Shown here one piece after another: positions 28,396 through 37,713 of a stretch of DNA of 47,819 bases. The notes under the pieces were generated by a model that saw only the letters and a list, made by a program, of their open reading frames with translations, was not told where the DNA came from and did not search any database. The stretch is taken from IMG/VR virus record IMGVR_UViG_2534681833_000010; one strand, given 5' to 3'. Every line of letters begins with the position of its first letter. Position 1 is the stretch's first letter. Source of the stretch: a virus (lineage: Duplodnaviria > Heunggongvirae > Uroviricota > Caudoviricetes). Made by a program: the position numbers and the translations under genes.

Positions 28396-29985
28396 TTACT
28401 TAATAAGCAGCGGTACGCCCTGGATACGACGGGCTACGCCAGTCGGGCAGCAGGCCCAGACTACTTCCCATTTATCGAATTCCGCCTGCGTAACTTTCAG
28501 CACATACGGTTCTGTACCGTCAGCATCGGGATCACGAGGAGCCACCAGAGCGCCGGAGGCGACAAAGCGATCTAAAAGTTTGGTCATCCCTTTAGTCAGG
28601 CCAGCCGCAGTAATACCGTCCGGGCTATGCTTCATCTGTCGGGCTAACTGGACAAAGAAACGGCTGATTGCATTCATCAGGGATGGGACGTGCTGGAAGT
28701 GCAGATAGTTATCCTGCGTGCAGCAAGTTAAAGCATCGTCGATGATCATCTGGCCAGAGGTGCCAACAGATACTTTATTGAGACGGCCCTTGACCATTGC
28801 TTCTTCGTCCGGGGTATCTTCCGGATACAGCGGTTGAATTGACGCACGAGCAATGACGGCACGTTCTTCACCAGCCGGTGAGTAATGCCAACCGCCGACA
28901 TCAGAGTTTTTCTTGACGCCATGAGCTTTCGCCGCATACGCCACGCCAGACAGACCAAAGACCACACGGGATTGGGTCCATTTGTCTTTGCAGGAGAACG
29001 GGTAGTGATAGACAGAACAGCTTACATAATCGGTACCAAGTAAACCGGTACCCTCAACAGCTGTTAGTGCTTCTGCGTACCTTAATGTCGGTTTGACATC
29101 AAAGAAGCCATCAATCAGGCGATCTGCACAGATTTTACCTAATGCGGTGATAGCCGCATTGTCATAGCAGCCCAGGCCAAGAACAGCGGTGTACATGTAC
29201 GGCGCATTGTTCAGCACTTTCACCGCACGCAGGTACGCAGCGGTTGAGATTTTCGACTGATCACCGTTGGTACCACCAGTGAACGCCAACGATTTTTTGT
29301 TTGTTACTTTCGCTGTAGAAATCAGATCTTCATTAACAACCGCGCGCAGATATTTAGAACGAGCTTCCAGAGCCGTAGGCAGATAACACAAGCGGCCCAT
29401 GTCATCTTTCGCTTCTTCCGCCAAAGACACAGTGTGTGTCTCCAGGGTCGTTACCACACCAAGCGAAGTCGTCTGGGTCAGTTTTAAGATGAAGCGTTCA
29501 TTACTCGCGCTGTCCGCTGTTGCCGTTTCGATGGTTAACTCACGGGTAGGTGAAATACACGGATCACCATCATCAACGTAGATAGCAAAGGCTTCGCCGC
29601 TATCAAGTTCAATTTCAGAACCGTATGGCAACGCACTGTAAGCCGGTTCGCCTGATTCATCGAACATAATAATCGGGAACTTCGCATCATCCGGAACAGC
29701 ACGGACAACATAACCAGACGTTTGCTGAATAGCTTCGTATACATGGCGAATTGGTTCGAACTGTGGGCCGGAAGACGGCTTCAGCGGTTCGCCGAGAACA
29801 TCTTCGTAATTGGACTCAGTAACCGCAAGAACAGTAAACGGCTTGCCACGCGCAAATACGCCAATACCAGCCCACAAGCTGCTATTTAATGCAACACCGG
29901 TAGATAACGTCGCATCGGCATTGATCGGGCTAACCGCGACGCCGGATGCATTACCTAATGACTGTTGAATTGAATATTGAGACAT
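28396..29985 (-). CDS. putative contractile tail sheath protein (gp22-like by size and position)
   Basis: 529-aa ORF between the capsid-like gene and small tail genes; no motif recognised. Confidence 0.35.
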   Translation of the reverse strand: MSQYSIQQSLGNASGVAVSPINADATLSTGVALNSSLWAGIGVFARGKPFTVLAVTESNYEDVLGEPLKPSSGPQFEPIRHVYEAIQQTSGYVVRAVPDDAKFPIIMFDESGEPAYSALPYGSEIELDSGEAFAIYVDDGDPCISPTRELTIETATADSASNERFILKLTQTTSLGVVTTLETHTVSLAEEAKDDMGRLCYLPTALEARSKYLRAVVNEDLISTAKVTNKKSLAFTGGTNGDQSKISTAAYLRAVKVLNNAPYMYTAVLGLGCYDNAAITALGKICADRLIDGFFDVKPTLRYAEALTAVEGTGLLGTDYVSCSVYHYPFSCKDKWTQSRVVFGLSGVAYAAKAHGVKKNSDVGGWHYSPAGEERAVIARASIQPLYPEDTPDEEAMVKGRLNKVSVGTSGQMIIDDALTCCTQDNYLHFQHVPSLMNAISRFFVQLARQMKHSPDGITAAGLTKGMTKLLDRFVASGALVAPRDPDADGTEPYVLKVTQAEFDKWEVVWACCPTGVARRIQGVPLLIK

Positions 29986-30045
29986 AACTTTCCCTGTTAT
30001 GCGCCCCGCACGGGGGCGCTATGTTAAACGGAGAACTTCCCCTGA

Positions 30046-31773
30046 TTACTCAGAGTCACCGGCATCAATCGTGTCGCCGCTAATGAAGTTAAGCCCGCCT
30101 TTTTTGGCCATTGTCAGCGTTACACGAGTGAAGTAATCAGCGCCGTTGCGTGGGTGCATATCGTTGATAGCCGAACCCCACAGCGTGGTACGGTTGACCA
30201 GCGCCGGAGTGGTCGGATGCTGGAACGGGATGGCCGGGACAGCATCACCAGTCACGAAGCCTGCTTTACCCGGATTTTCATCACGGACGTAGCACAGCAC
30301 ATCCATCGAGCTGAACTGAATGTTCTCTGTCGTTAAGTTCTTACAAATACCAGCAGGTACTTCGTACACTTTCACGTTACCGAACAGGGTACCGATGTAG
30401 TGAACATACGGAGTCTGGATATAGTCTTCGGCTGGCTGGAAGAAATCCTTCGGCAACTGTTTGAAGAAAGATGCTGCATCAGCACCAGCAAACATCCCCA
30501 TCGCACCAGAAGATTTAACGCGCTCAATAATGTCGCGATATACAGTCTGGAATTTGCCACGAATGATGGTTGCCCATACATCAAAGGACTGGTTAACCGG
30601 CAGAGCGATGTCAAAGGTGTCGGTCGCAAGAGTACGCCAGATCATGATGCGAAGACGCAGCATATCCTGTTCATGAGACAGGTATTCCTTCAGGGTGCGG
30701 AACTGTAGGGAACCCAGGTCCAGACCAAATTCACGCTGTGCTTCATACGCCGCCTGTACCGTGTGCTCAGCCGCGATAACGAACTGGCTTGGGAACAGGG
30801 TGTATTTCTTCATTTCGTGGTTGATCAGCGGGATCAGCTCAGGAGCGGCTTCAATATTGATTTCCGTCTCAATTGCGATCTCAGTGCCTTTATCCGGCGC
30901 TTTGGAGAACGACAGGGCAATCTGACCAATGTTGTAGTTCAGAGAGCAGGTAACAGTGATTTGCTCACCAGCAGCATTAGTAAACGAGTGAAGTAGGCTG
31001 CCGGAACCGTTATCAACAACAGACTTAATACGGTTAACGTAGATGTTAGTACGACCTTTTCGGATTGGTACATTCTGGCCTTCGAAGTCTTCCATCTTGA
31101 AGGTTGCGGTTTTGCTGGTGCCATCGGAGCTTGCCACCAGCACATAGCGGCGACGTAACTGGCTGTACACACCGACGGATTGCATGTCCAGAACATCACC
31201 AGCAGCATAAGAACCAAAAGAGGAACCTGCCACGTTAAAGACTTCATAGATGTCGGACTGGTCACGCGTAACCGGAATGAAGGTACACGCATCAGCGGTA
31301 GCTGCCCCCAACTGAACAGGCAGGATCATCGCGAGGAATAAAGGCAGACGCATAACACCGTCAGAAACGCTCATCATCTCTGCTGCGACGGATTCCAGCA
31401 TCGCTTTATTAGTGGCATCCATGCTATTGCGGGTGGACTCAATCAGGCAGTTTTCCAGCGTCTGGTGGCAGGAGGCCAGAATTTCCGGACGCGGCATAGA
31501 TTTATGTGCTGCGGCGTAGTCAGCCAGTGCACTTGCCCACGCTGTAGCGATTTGAGCGGTGGCATTATCAGAGATACCCGCAAAAACCGGGTCTTTACGT
31601 GCAGCTTCAAGGATAGATGCGGCACGCGCGGCATCATCTTTAATGAATTGGTTATCAGTACCGAACTGCGCAGTGCTTGCCCAGCCAAGCACAGCTTTAG
31701 AGCGTTTTGCGATATCTGCAATACGATTCTGGTATTCGCGTAAGTTACTCAATTTACTCTTCCTTAAACACAA
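30046..31773 (-). CDS. putative major head protein (gp23-like by size and position)
   Basis: About 570-aa ORF; likely true start is TTG at about 31749 with AAGGAAG upstream. Confidence 0.35.
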   Translation of the reverse strand: MCLRKSKLSNLREYQNRIADIAKRSKAVLGWASTAQFGTDNQFIKDDAARAASILEAARKDPVFAGISDNATAQIATAWASALADYAAAHKSMPRPEILASCHQTLENCLIESTRNSMDATNKAMLESVAAEMMSVSDGVMRLPLFLAMILPVQLGAATADACTFIPVTRDQSDIYEVFNVAGSSFGSYAAGDVLDMQSVGVYSQLRRRYVLVASSDGTSKTATFKMEDFEGQNVPIRKGRTNIYVNRIKSVVDNGSGSLLHSFTNAAGEQITVTCSLNYNIGQIALSFSKAPDKGTEIAIETEINIEAAPELIPLINHEMKKYTLFPSQFVIAAEHTVQAAYEAQREFGLDLGSLQFRTLKEYLSHEQDMLRLRIMIWRTLATDTFDIALPVNQSFDVWATIIRGKFQTVYRDIIERVKSSGAMGMFAGADAASFFKQLPKDFFQPAEDYIQTPYVHYIGTLFGNVKVYEVPAGICKNLTTENIQFSSMDVLCYVRDENPGKAGFVTGDAVPAIPFQHPTTPALVNRTTLWGSAINDMHPRNGADYFTRVTLTMAKKGGLNFISGDTIDAGDSE

Positions 31774-31884
31774 GGCACTTGTGTGAATCCCTTTTCGGAA
31801 GAGATTTTATTGAAAGTCACTTGTTGACTTTCTCGTGACAAGCAATTTTTTTATTTTTTTCGGGAGTAGGGGAGGAAGGTAAAA

Positions 31885-31976
31885 TCCAAGGTGAAGTCGT
31901 GGCGATTTCACCTTGAAATTTTAGAGGGATTTACTTTAAAAACAGTAGTTTAATAGTGAAATTTGAATGGCGAAAG
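31885..31976 (-). promoter_or_regulatory. parS: parS partition site
   Basis: Directly downstream of parB; heptamer boxA-like ATTTCAC/GTGAAAT and hexamer boxB TCGCCA (ATTTCAAGGTGAAATCGCCACGACTTCACC; CGCCATTCAAATTTCAC) flanking an AT-rich putative IHF site. Confidence 0.65.
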
Positions 31977-31977
31977 T

Positions 31978-32979
31978 TTAAGGCTTCGGCTTTTTATCGA
32001 GGCTCTTTCTAAGGATATGCCCAATCATCCTGTCGAGTTCTTCCTGTAGCTCTTTTGAAAGTCGATTAAACTCATAAGAAAATGCACGGCCTTTCACGCG
32101 CTTCCTTGCAAAGCGATCCTTGTCCTCAAATTTCCATAATTCAGTAACTACGGACTTATCTTTAGAACCTTTATCCGTGAGTAGTGAGGCTTCCTTTGTT
32201 ATCAAGCGCAGGATTTTATTTTTAACTTCATCTTCGGCCATTTCTTCAATGGATAAGATGTCGTTTATTTCCGGGGATATATTTTGAATAAGCTGATCAA
32301 ACTCTAAATTCTTGTTCCCCATTTCGTCGCCAACAGCACAAAGCGTTTTGTAGTCCGAAAAGGTTAATTCCGACTGCACAGGGAAAAGGGCGACTAATTC
32401 TTCCGGAGCACTCGCTGCCTGGAGAGCACGCGTGACCTTCGCCTGAGACAGCCCTTCTTTGGCTGCAATATCCTTCTGACTCATCCCATCATTTTTCATT
32501 CGCATCAAACGCAGACCTATTTCTCGAATGCTGTGCTGCAATGCTGTCTGAACGTCTTTCGCTAAATTTAGCGCTTCCTGAACGCTGATCTCCTGGTCCG
32601 TGACTAAAACCCGCAACCCTACGTTCTCTAAGATGGCAGAAGCTCGACGCCGGGAACCATCCAAAATTTCAATTTTCCCTGTTGCCCGTCTAACACCTAT
32701 TGCAGGGTAAAATTGCTGATGCTTAATAGTGCTTCGGATACTTTTTAATGATTTTGGCGTAAGAGATGCCTGGTCACGCCCGTTGTTATGCTGATCAACA
32801 AAGGTATCGCTTTCTACCTGGTTCGGAGGTATTACCTCTTCAATAAATGTGGCCTGGCGACCAGTTGATAACTTGAATACCTGCTCGACTCGATCGCCAG
32901 AGGCTGAAGAACTATCAAATCCGCTTAATATTGAAGGATTAAGGGTTCGCCCAATTGTTGGTCTGTTTTTCTTTGACAT
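31978..32979 (-). CDS. parB: partition protein ParB
   Basis: 333-aa ORF with ParB-type domain (..KIEILDGSRRRASAIL..), downstream of parA and adjacent to parS. Confidence 0.85.
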   Translation of the reverse strand: MSKKNRPTIGRTLNPSILSGFDSSSASGDRVEQVFKLSTGRQATFIEEVIPPNQVESDTFVDQHNNGRDQASLTPKSLKSIRSTIKHQQFYPAIGVRRATGKIEILDGSRRRASAILENVGLRVLVTDQEISVQEALNLAKDVQTALQHSIREIGLRLMRMKNDGMSQKDIAAKEGLSQAKVTRALQAASAPEELVALFPVQSELTFSDYKTLCAVGDEMGNKNLEFDQLIQNISPEINDILSIEEMAEDEVKNKILRLITKEASLLTDKGSKDKSVVTELWKFEDKDRFARKRVKGRAFSYEFNRLSKELQEELDRMIGHILRKSLDKKPKP

Positions 32980-32995
32980 GGGGGTTTCTTACTCC

Positions 32996-34192
32996 TCAGT
33001 TAGATCTGATAAATTCAATACGGTCAAAAACTGCTTTAGCAAAATCTTCCGCGGCAATTCGCGCGTTCTTCAATGCATCAGCACTACCAACATACGTTGC
33101 CGGGTTAGCTGAAATAACAGTGTCAAAAGACTCGCCGCAACGTTCAAAACCGTCAAGGCGAGGGAGGACGACATCGAGCATATCCCCACCGAACACTTCT
33201 TTAGCCAGGCTATGGCAATACTTATGATCTGCCTTGTTACTCAACTTGGACATAAAACCAATGTTAGTCGCAAGCTGGCACTCGCAGCCTTCATCCGAAA
33301 TGAGTTTCACCAACTCAGGAAGGCGGGCAACGTATTTAAGCGATGAGTGGAAATCGACAGTTGCTGGCGGCAGAGGTGTAAACAGTATATTGGCCGAGGC
33401 CAAAGCATTTTTCAGGAAGGCGTCAAGGTGAGGACCACTATCAACGAGGATAAAATCATAATCGCTCTTCAGCTTATCAATCACATTTTCTTTCAGGACA
33501 GCATGGATGTTCTGACCCGGTAGATGCTCATTGCACAGCTCTCTCCAATCGGATGCAATAAAGGCATCGTCAATCGACGCAGGCATAACGTCAACCCCAG
33601 GTACAACAGAAGGAACAATAAACTCCTCTAACAGCTCTTCACGGCTTACATTCTGCAACATAGCCTGTGCAGATGTTGCGTTTACGATACCAATAGAGTG
33701 TTTATGGCTTAAAAACATCGTTGCTGAAGATTGCGGATCAAGGTCAATAACCAGAATCCTTAAATCTTCCATCAGAAGATGAGGGTGAGCACGCATTGCA
33801 TGCGCCAGAGAAACCGTCGATACAGTTTTTGACACACCGCCTTTAAGATTGGAGATGAAAATCACATACGCTTCGCTGTAGCGATCCCGGTATTTTGGCA
33901 CTCCGCGATGTTCATATATGTCAATGATGTTCTGAATTGACATCGCATATTTCATTGAAGAGCCAGCAGGGCGCTTATCGAAAACATAACCCTTTTCTTC
34001 CATTTCACTTACAGCATAGTCAACGTTCGCTCGAGTCAGTAGAGGCAATTTTGCCAGTGCCGCTTTCGCATAGACCTGGTAAAACTCGTTCGCGTGTAGC
34101 TCATCCTTTTGCAACTGTACTTGTTCAGTCAGAACATTGAGCATTCTATTTGCTCTTTGAGCAACCTTGTGAAGCTGGCTGGAATCACTCAT
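32996..34192 (-). CDS. parA: partition ATPase ParA (type Ia, with N-terminal DNA-binding extension)
   Basis: 398-aa ORF; deviant Walker A KGGVSKT; Walker B-like ..ILVIDLDPQ.. Confidence 0.85.
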   Translation of the reverse strand: MSDSSQLHKVAQRANRMLNVLTEQVQLQKDELHANEFYQVYAKAALAKLPLLTRANVDYAVSEMEEKGYVFDKRPAGSSMKYAMSIQNIIDIYEHRGVPKYRDRYSEAYVIFISNLKGGVSKTVSTVSLAHAMRAHPHLLMEDLRILVIDLDPQSSATMFLSHKHSIGIVNATSAQAMLQNVSREELLEEFIVPSVVPGVDVMPASIDDAFIASDWRELCNEHLPGQNIHAVLKENVIDKLKSDYDFILVDSGPHLDAFLKNALASANILFTPLPPATVDFHSSLKYVARLPELVKLISDEGCECQLATNIGFMSKLSNKADHKYCHSLAKEVFGGDMLDVVLPRLDGFERCGESFDTVISANPATYVGSADALKNARIAAEDFAKAVFDRIEFIRSN

Positions 34193-34336
34193 CGAAAGTC
34201 ATCCTTTATGCTGTATTTTTGAATTTAATTAAAAAAGCTGCATAAAATAATAATGTATGCGTAGATGCTTGTACATAGCATTCTCTGCGTGTTTGGTTCA
34301 TTTTGCACGATTGAGAGTTACAAGGAGGGCACAAAA

Positions 34337-34358
34337 AAGCCCCGTTCAGGGGCATCAG
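34337..34358 (-). terminator. rho-independent terminator ending the T5orf172 cassette
   Basis: Minus-strand reading GCCCCTGAACGGGGC followed by TTTTTTGT, just upstream of the par promoter region. Confidence 0.45.
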
Positions 34359-34360
34359 TG

Positions 34361-34621
34361 TTATTTGCTAAGAGCAGCGAATAATCGTTCGAAATCGATA
34401 GTATCTATAGCACGCGTAAGCGCCGGAAGTTCAGCCTCAAAGTACCCATGTCGATCGTAAAAGATGGGACCGAAGAGCGAGGCATGTTGGATTCTACTTC
34501 GCCCCAGCCCGGACACACAGTTAAGCCCATTACCGGCTAAAAGGCTAAAAAACTTCTCTGGATTATCGTGGTAAAGCTGGGAATCAATGGTGGCGGTTAA
34601 CTCTTCCATAGGGAAGCACAC
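34361..34621 (-). CDS. hypothetical protein
   Basis: 86-aa ORF downstream of the T5orf172 gene, same strand. Confidence 0.3.
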   Translation of the reverse strand: MCFPMEELTATIDSQLYHDNPEKFFSLLAGNGLNCVSGLGRSRIQHASLFGPIFYDRHGYFEAELPALTRAIDTIDFERLFAALSK

Positions 34622-34642
34622 CCGCCCTGTATCCCAGGGATA

Positions 34643-35170
34643 TTAAGTCCGAAGCATAAACATTGCTTTCAGCAATTCACACTGAGCGCGGATCGCGTCC
34701 GGTTCATAGCCAGATATGGAGACATAAGCCACGTCCCTCATTCCTGCGTCATCTTTGAAAGTCACGATAGAAGTAACATCCAGCTCTTTTTCGAAAGAGC
34801 AAGCAGCATCTACTGGACGCTGAAGTAAATCATTCGACTTAATGCGCTCGAGAATCCCTCCCCACATATCATTTAGATATTCGATATGAGCCAAAACCTT
34901 ATCAAGACACTCTCGTGTAAACCATTCAGTATGCCCGCCACCTGCGCTTTTCTCCCACGGCGCATTCCAGGGGAAAAAGGTTGCGTGTAAAGCCCGCTCA
35001 AGATTAACCATTGCCAAACGCGTACCACGATAGACCCGTGAAAGCGCAAAATCGGGACTCACTTGTAGCCCTTTAAACCGTGCCAATGGACCACATGAAA
35101 TGCCGATTTTAAAAGTATCTCCGTTCTCCGGCACCAGAACGTAGAGGTAGTGTTGTTTCTCTTCTTGCAT
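34643..35170 (-). CDS. T5orf172 / GIY-YIG-superfamily domain protein
   Basis: YLYVLV..GDTFKIGIS...R........E....H.......EWF arrangement typical of T5orf172 (MUG113) domains. Confidence 0.45.
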   Translation of the reverse strand: MQEEKQHYLYVLVPENGDTFKIGISCGPLARFKGLQVSPDFALSRVYRGTRLAMVNLERALHATFFPWNAPWEKSAGGGHTEWFTRECLDKVLAHIEYLNDMWGGILERIKSNDLLQRPVDAACSFEKELDVTSIVTFKDDAGMRDVAYVSISGYEPDAIRAQCELLKAMFMLRT

Positions 35171-35199
35171 ATCAATACCACTGCTTGATGAGAACCGCG

Positions 35200-35462
35200 C
35201 AAATGTTGACTATGCGCGAAAGTTAATGTGAATAGTTGACTATGCGCGATGTGACTACAGTCAAAAGTTGACTGTAGTCGATTTAACTCCACCAAAAATC
35301 GACTATGTAAGATATTGTCGGGAGAAACGTTGACTATACGCGATGAAATGACCCTAAAAGCCATCTCAATAGCGACTTGCAGAATATTGACGCCAGCAAA
35401 AATCCACCAGCGTCAACGAATGTCGCCTATAGTCAACTTCTCGCTATCGCATATAGTCAATA
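35200..35462 (+). repeat. incA-like iteron array downstream of repA (about 8 copies, both orientations)
   Basis: Repeats of GTTGACTATGCGCGA and variants (35205, 35235, 35267, 35329; inverted copies GCCTATAGTCAAC at 35425 and CGCATATAGTCAAT at 35447). Confidence 0.6.
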
Positions 35463-36404
35463 TTATGGATTGCGCTTATGGATCTGGAAGCCGATTTTCC
35501 TGCCGTTTTTTATCTCTGAAAATTTAAGATATTCAATAGCTTCCAAATCTTTCATAGCTTTTCTGATAACGCTATTTTGCACGCTAACGGATGATTTGAG
35601 ATTAAGCCTTGCTCTAAGGCGCTCAATGCTGACAGGTGCCGGGTTGGCGGGTAGAGCCTCAAAGAATGTATACAGCACCTTGGCCGTCTCTTTGCGCCCG
35701 AGCTTATCCAGCATCTTCAGCTTCAGGATTCGCTTATAGTCAACATAGTAAAGTTCAGATAGCTGTTTCTGCGGCTGGATCTCGATAACATCAAGCTCGG
35801 TATTCAGGCTGCTATATGCCAACAAGTTGACGTTAATGTTATTGAGATGACCTTTTGCCGCCGGGAAGCGGAATTTGACAACTGTCTGCTGAATGCGTGT
35901 CAGAGAGTCATCAATACTTTTACGGAACGCCTTTGAAAGGCGCTTACGTGGATAGCCGCATCGATCGGCAAACTCGGAGAATGGCAGGGTGATTATGCCG
36001 TCATCATCAGGTGCGTAGTCAAACAACGCGGAGGTTATGCCCACCCACACCTTAAAATCAGTATCCATATCCAGGCGTGGACCATGTATTTCAATTCCCT
36101 CATAGCCTTCCTGCTCAACAATTTTGAGGCTTGATAGTTCTTCGGTTGCGTTCGTTGTGTTTGTAGTAACTGACGATCCGCGACGTAGTGCCACATTGGT
36201 AGATTTTAAGGTTGGCACAAACACACCTAAGCGCAACAAAGCGATGGGTTGTATAGTGCTATTGTTATTGGGTTTCAGGCTGTGGATTTCTCCTGTATTT
36301 CCTGCAACTTCTTCAACGCTAAGGAAGCCTTTATTTTCTTCCGGCATCGTGGTTTCTCCATATGTGGCGCGGCCTGGCGTCATCTGGATTGCAGTTATCA
36401 ACAA
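35463..36404 (-). CDS. repA: iteron-binding replication initiator RepA
   Basis: Recalled RepA-family segments (QPIALLRLGVFVP, GPRLDMDTDFK, YTFFEALPANPAPVS); flanked by iteron arrays; true start may be the internal MPEENK. Confidence 0.7.
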   Translation of the reverse strand: MLITAIQMTPGRATYGETTMPEENKGFLSVEEVAGNTGEIHSLKPNNNSTIQPIALLRLGVFVPTLKSTNVALRRGSSVTTNTTNATEELSSLKIVEQEGYEGIEIHGPRLDMDTDFKVWVGITSALFDYAPDDDGIITLPFSEFADRCGYPRKRLSKAFRKSIDDSLTRIQQTVVKFRFPAAKGHLNNINVNLLAYSSLNTELDVIEIQPQKQLSELYYVDYKRILKLKMLDKLGRKETAKVLYTFFEALPANPAPVSIERLRARLNLKSSVSVQNSVIRKAMKDLEAIEYLKFSEIKNGRKIGFQIHKRNP

Positions 36405-36426
36405 CTGTGAATAGTCAGGCTCTAAA

Positions 36427-36528
36427 ATCGCGTACAGTCAATGTTTCTGTCGCGTATAGTCAACAATAAATCGCGTGCAGTCAACAATAAATCGTGCACA
36501 GTCAACATAAAATCGCGTATAGTCAATG
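36427..36528 (+). repeat. origin iterons (5 direct repeats, 21-22 bp spacing)
   Basis: ATCGCGTACAGTCAATG / GTCGCGTATAGTCAACAA / ATCGCGTGCAGTCAACAA / ATCGTGCACAGTCAACAT / ATCGCGTATAGTCAATG. Confidence 0.75.
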
Positions 36529-36530
36529 TT

Positions 36531-36638
36531 GATCCCATTTCAGGCCAGAAATGGCGCGGCTTACAGCGATCCGGGATCTTCTTTGGATCTTCCTAGGTTC
36601 TCTTTAGGATCTGTTTATTGGATCTATGCTGTGGATAA
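36531..36638 (+). promoter_or_regulatory. origin GATC cluster (6 sites in 94 bp) and DnaA box
   Basis: GATC at 36531, 36568, 36575, 36586, 36608, 36621; TGTGGATAA (TTATCCACA) at 36630-36638. Confidence 0.6.
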
Positions 36639-36681
36639 GTTGAATAAACCGGCCAATAAAGCCGGTTGGAAGGAAGCCGTA

Positions 36682-37074
36682 TTATTCTACGCTCTCGATA
36701 AGAAGACCATGTTCATAACATTTAAGCTCATCGCCTTCGTACAGGAATTGGTATCCAACACCACCATCTTCATGGACATTAGGGAATAACTCATAACTCA
36801 CTGAAGAGCAAATCACACCAATGCAGCGATCAACTCCTTCTCGTTCTTCAGTGCAGAAAAAATCCTCTTCGGTAAGAACATGAGTACATTGCTCATCAGC
36901 ATAGGTCGGAAATACATGCTCAATGCAATCCGGGTGTTTTAAACCAAGCTGATCGGCAAGCTCGAAAGCACGACGGTATTGTTCAGATCCTGGCTTGCCA
37001 ACAGTGATTTGCTCAATTTTGTAGATTGAAGTCGCTTTGTTGATAGTTTGCTTTACTGTTACTTTATCAGACAT
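36682..37074 (-). CDS. hypothetical Cys-containing protein
   Basis: 130-aa ORF with several Cys/His; last gene of the spanin/PAAR operon. Confidence 0.3.
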   Translation of the reverse strand: MSDKVTVKQTINKATSIYKIEQITVGKPGSEQYRRAFELADQLGLKHPDCIEHVFPTYADEQCTHVLTEEDFFCTEEREGVDRCIGVICSSVSYELFPNVHEDGGVGYQFLYEGDELKCYEHGLLIESVE

Positions 37075-37085
37075 AAAAATCCCTT

Positions 37086-37418
37086 TTAGTTACCGCTGAT
37101 AGCGCGGTTGTAATCATTAACGTTGCGATTCTTCCTGTTAATCCCCATCAGCATCGTTTCTGTATCAAGGATATAGGCTGGCAGATCATCAAAATATTCA
37201 CTGCTAAACTCTGGCATCCTGCACATAAATGCACTTTTGGGGGCAGGGTGATTAACCTTTGTCGGCGTCGGCGTTAAATTCGCTGATCGACTCCCGGAGC
37301 AACCGCTGAGTGTCAACAGGAATGCGCTGGCGAACACTACCCGACGCAACCAGTTGTTTCTGAACTTCAGCTTTTCGTTCCATTTGTCTGTCTGCATACT
37401 TCGCTTGTTCTGATTCAT
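37086..37418 (-). CDS. o-spanin-like outer-membrane lipoprotein (Rz1-like), overlapping the i-spanin gene
   Basis: Lipobox LTLSGC after a hydrophobic stretch; Pro-rich mature region; starts inside the upstream gene in another frame. Confidence 0.4.
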   Translation of the reverse strand: MNQNKRSMQTDKWNEKLKFRNNWLRRVVFASAFLLTLSGCSGSRSANLTPTPTKVNHPAPKSAFMCRMPEFSSEYFDDLPAYILDTETMLMGINRKNRNVNDYNRAISGN

Positions 37419-37674
37419 TTTTCACTTCCTGGCTGTGAAAATGTTGATCCGCTTTATTCATCGTCTCAATGGTCTGGTTAAGATCAATGATTGACTTATC
37501 GCGCTCCTTAACAGCCTGATCAAGGCTGCCAATTTTTTCCAAGGCTTGCTTTAACTGATAACGTTCCCATGCAAACCCAGCACCAACAAGTGCGCAAATC
37601 AGGACAAGAACACCAGTAACAGCAAGTTTCTCCTTCAAAGACAAAGCTGTTTTTAACGTTGAAAAAAACGACAT
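37252..37674 (-). CDS. i-spanin-like protein (Rz-like: N-terminal TM helix plus periplasmic coiled-coil)
   Basis: TM segment LAVTGVLVLICALVGAGFAW then coiled-coil; 3-prime part overlaps the lipoprotein ORF. Confidence 0.4.
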   Translation of the reverse strand: MSFFSTLKTALSLKEKLAVTGVLVLICALVGAGFAWERYQLKQALEKIGSLDQAVKERDKSIIDLNQTIETMNKADQHFHSQEVKNESEQAKYADRQMERKAEVQKQLVASGSVRQRIPVDTQRLLRESISEFNADADKG

Positions 37675-37713
37675 TTCTTCCTCCTGAAGAAAAATTATCT
37701 GTGAAGTCCTTTG

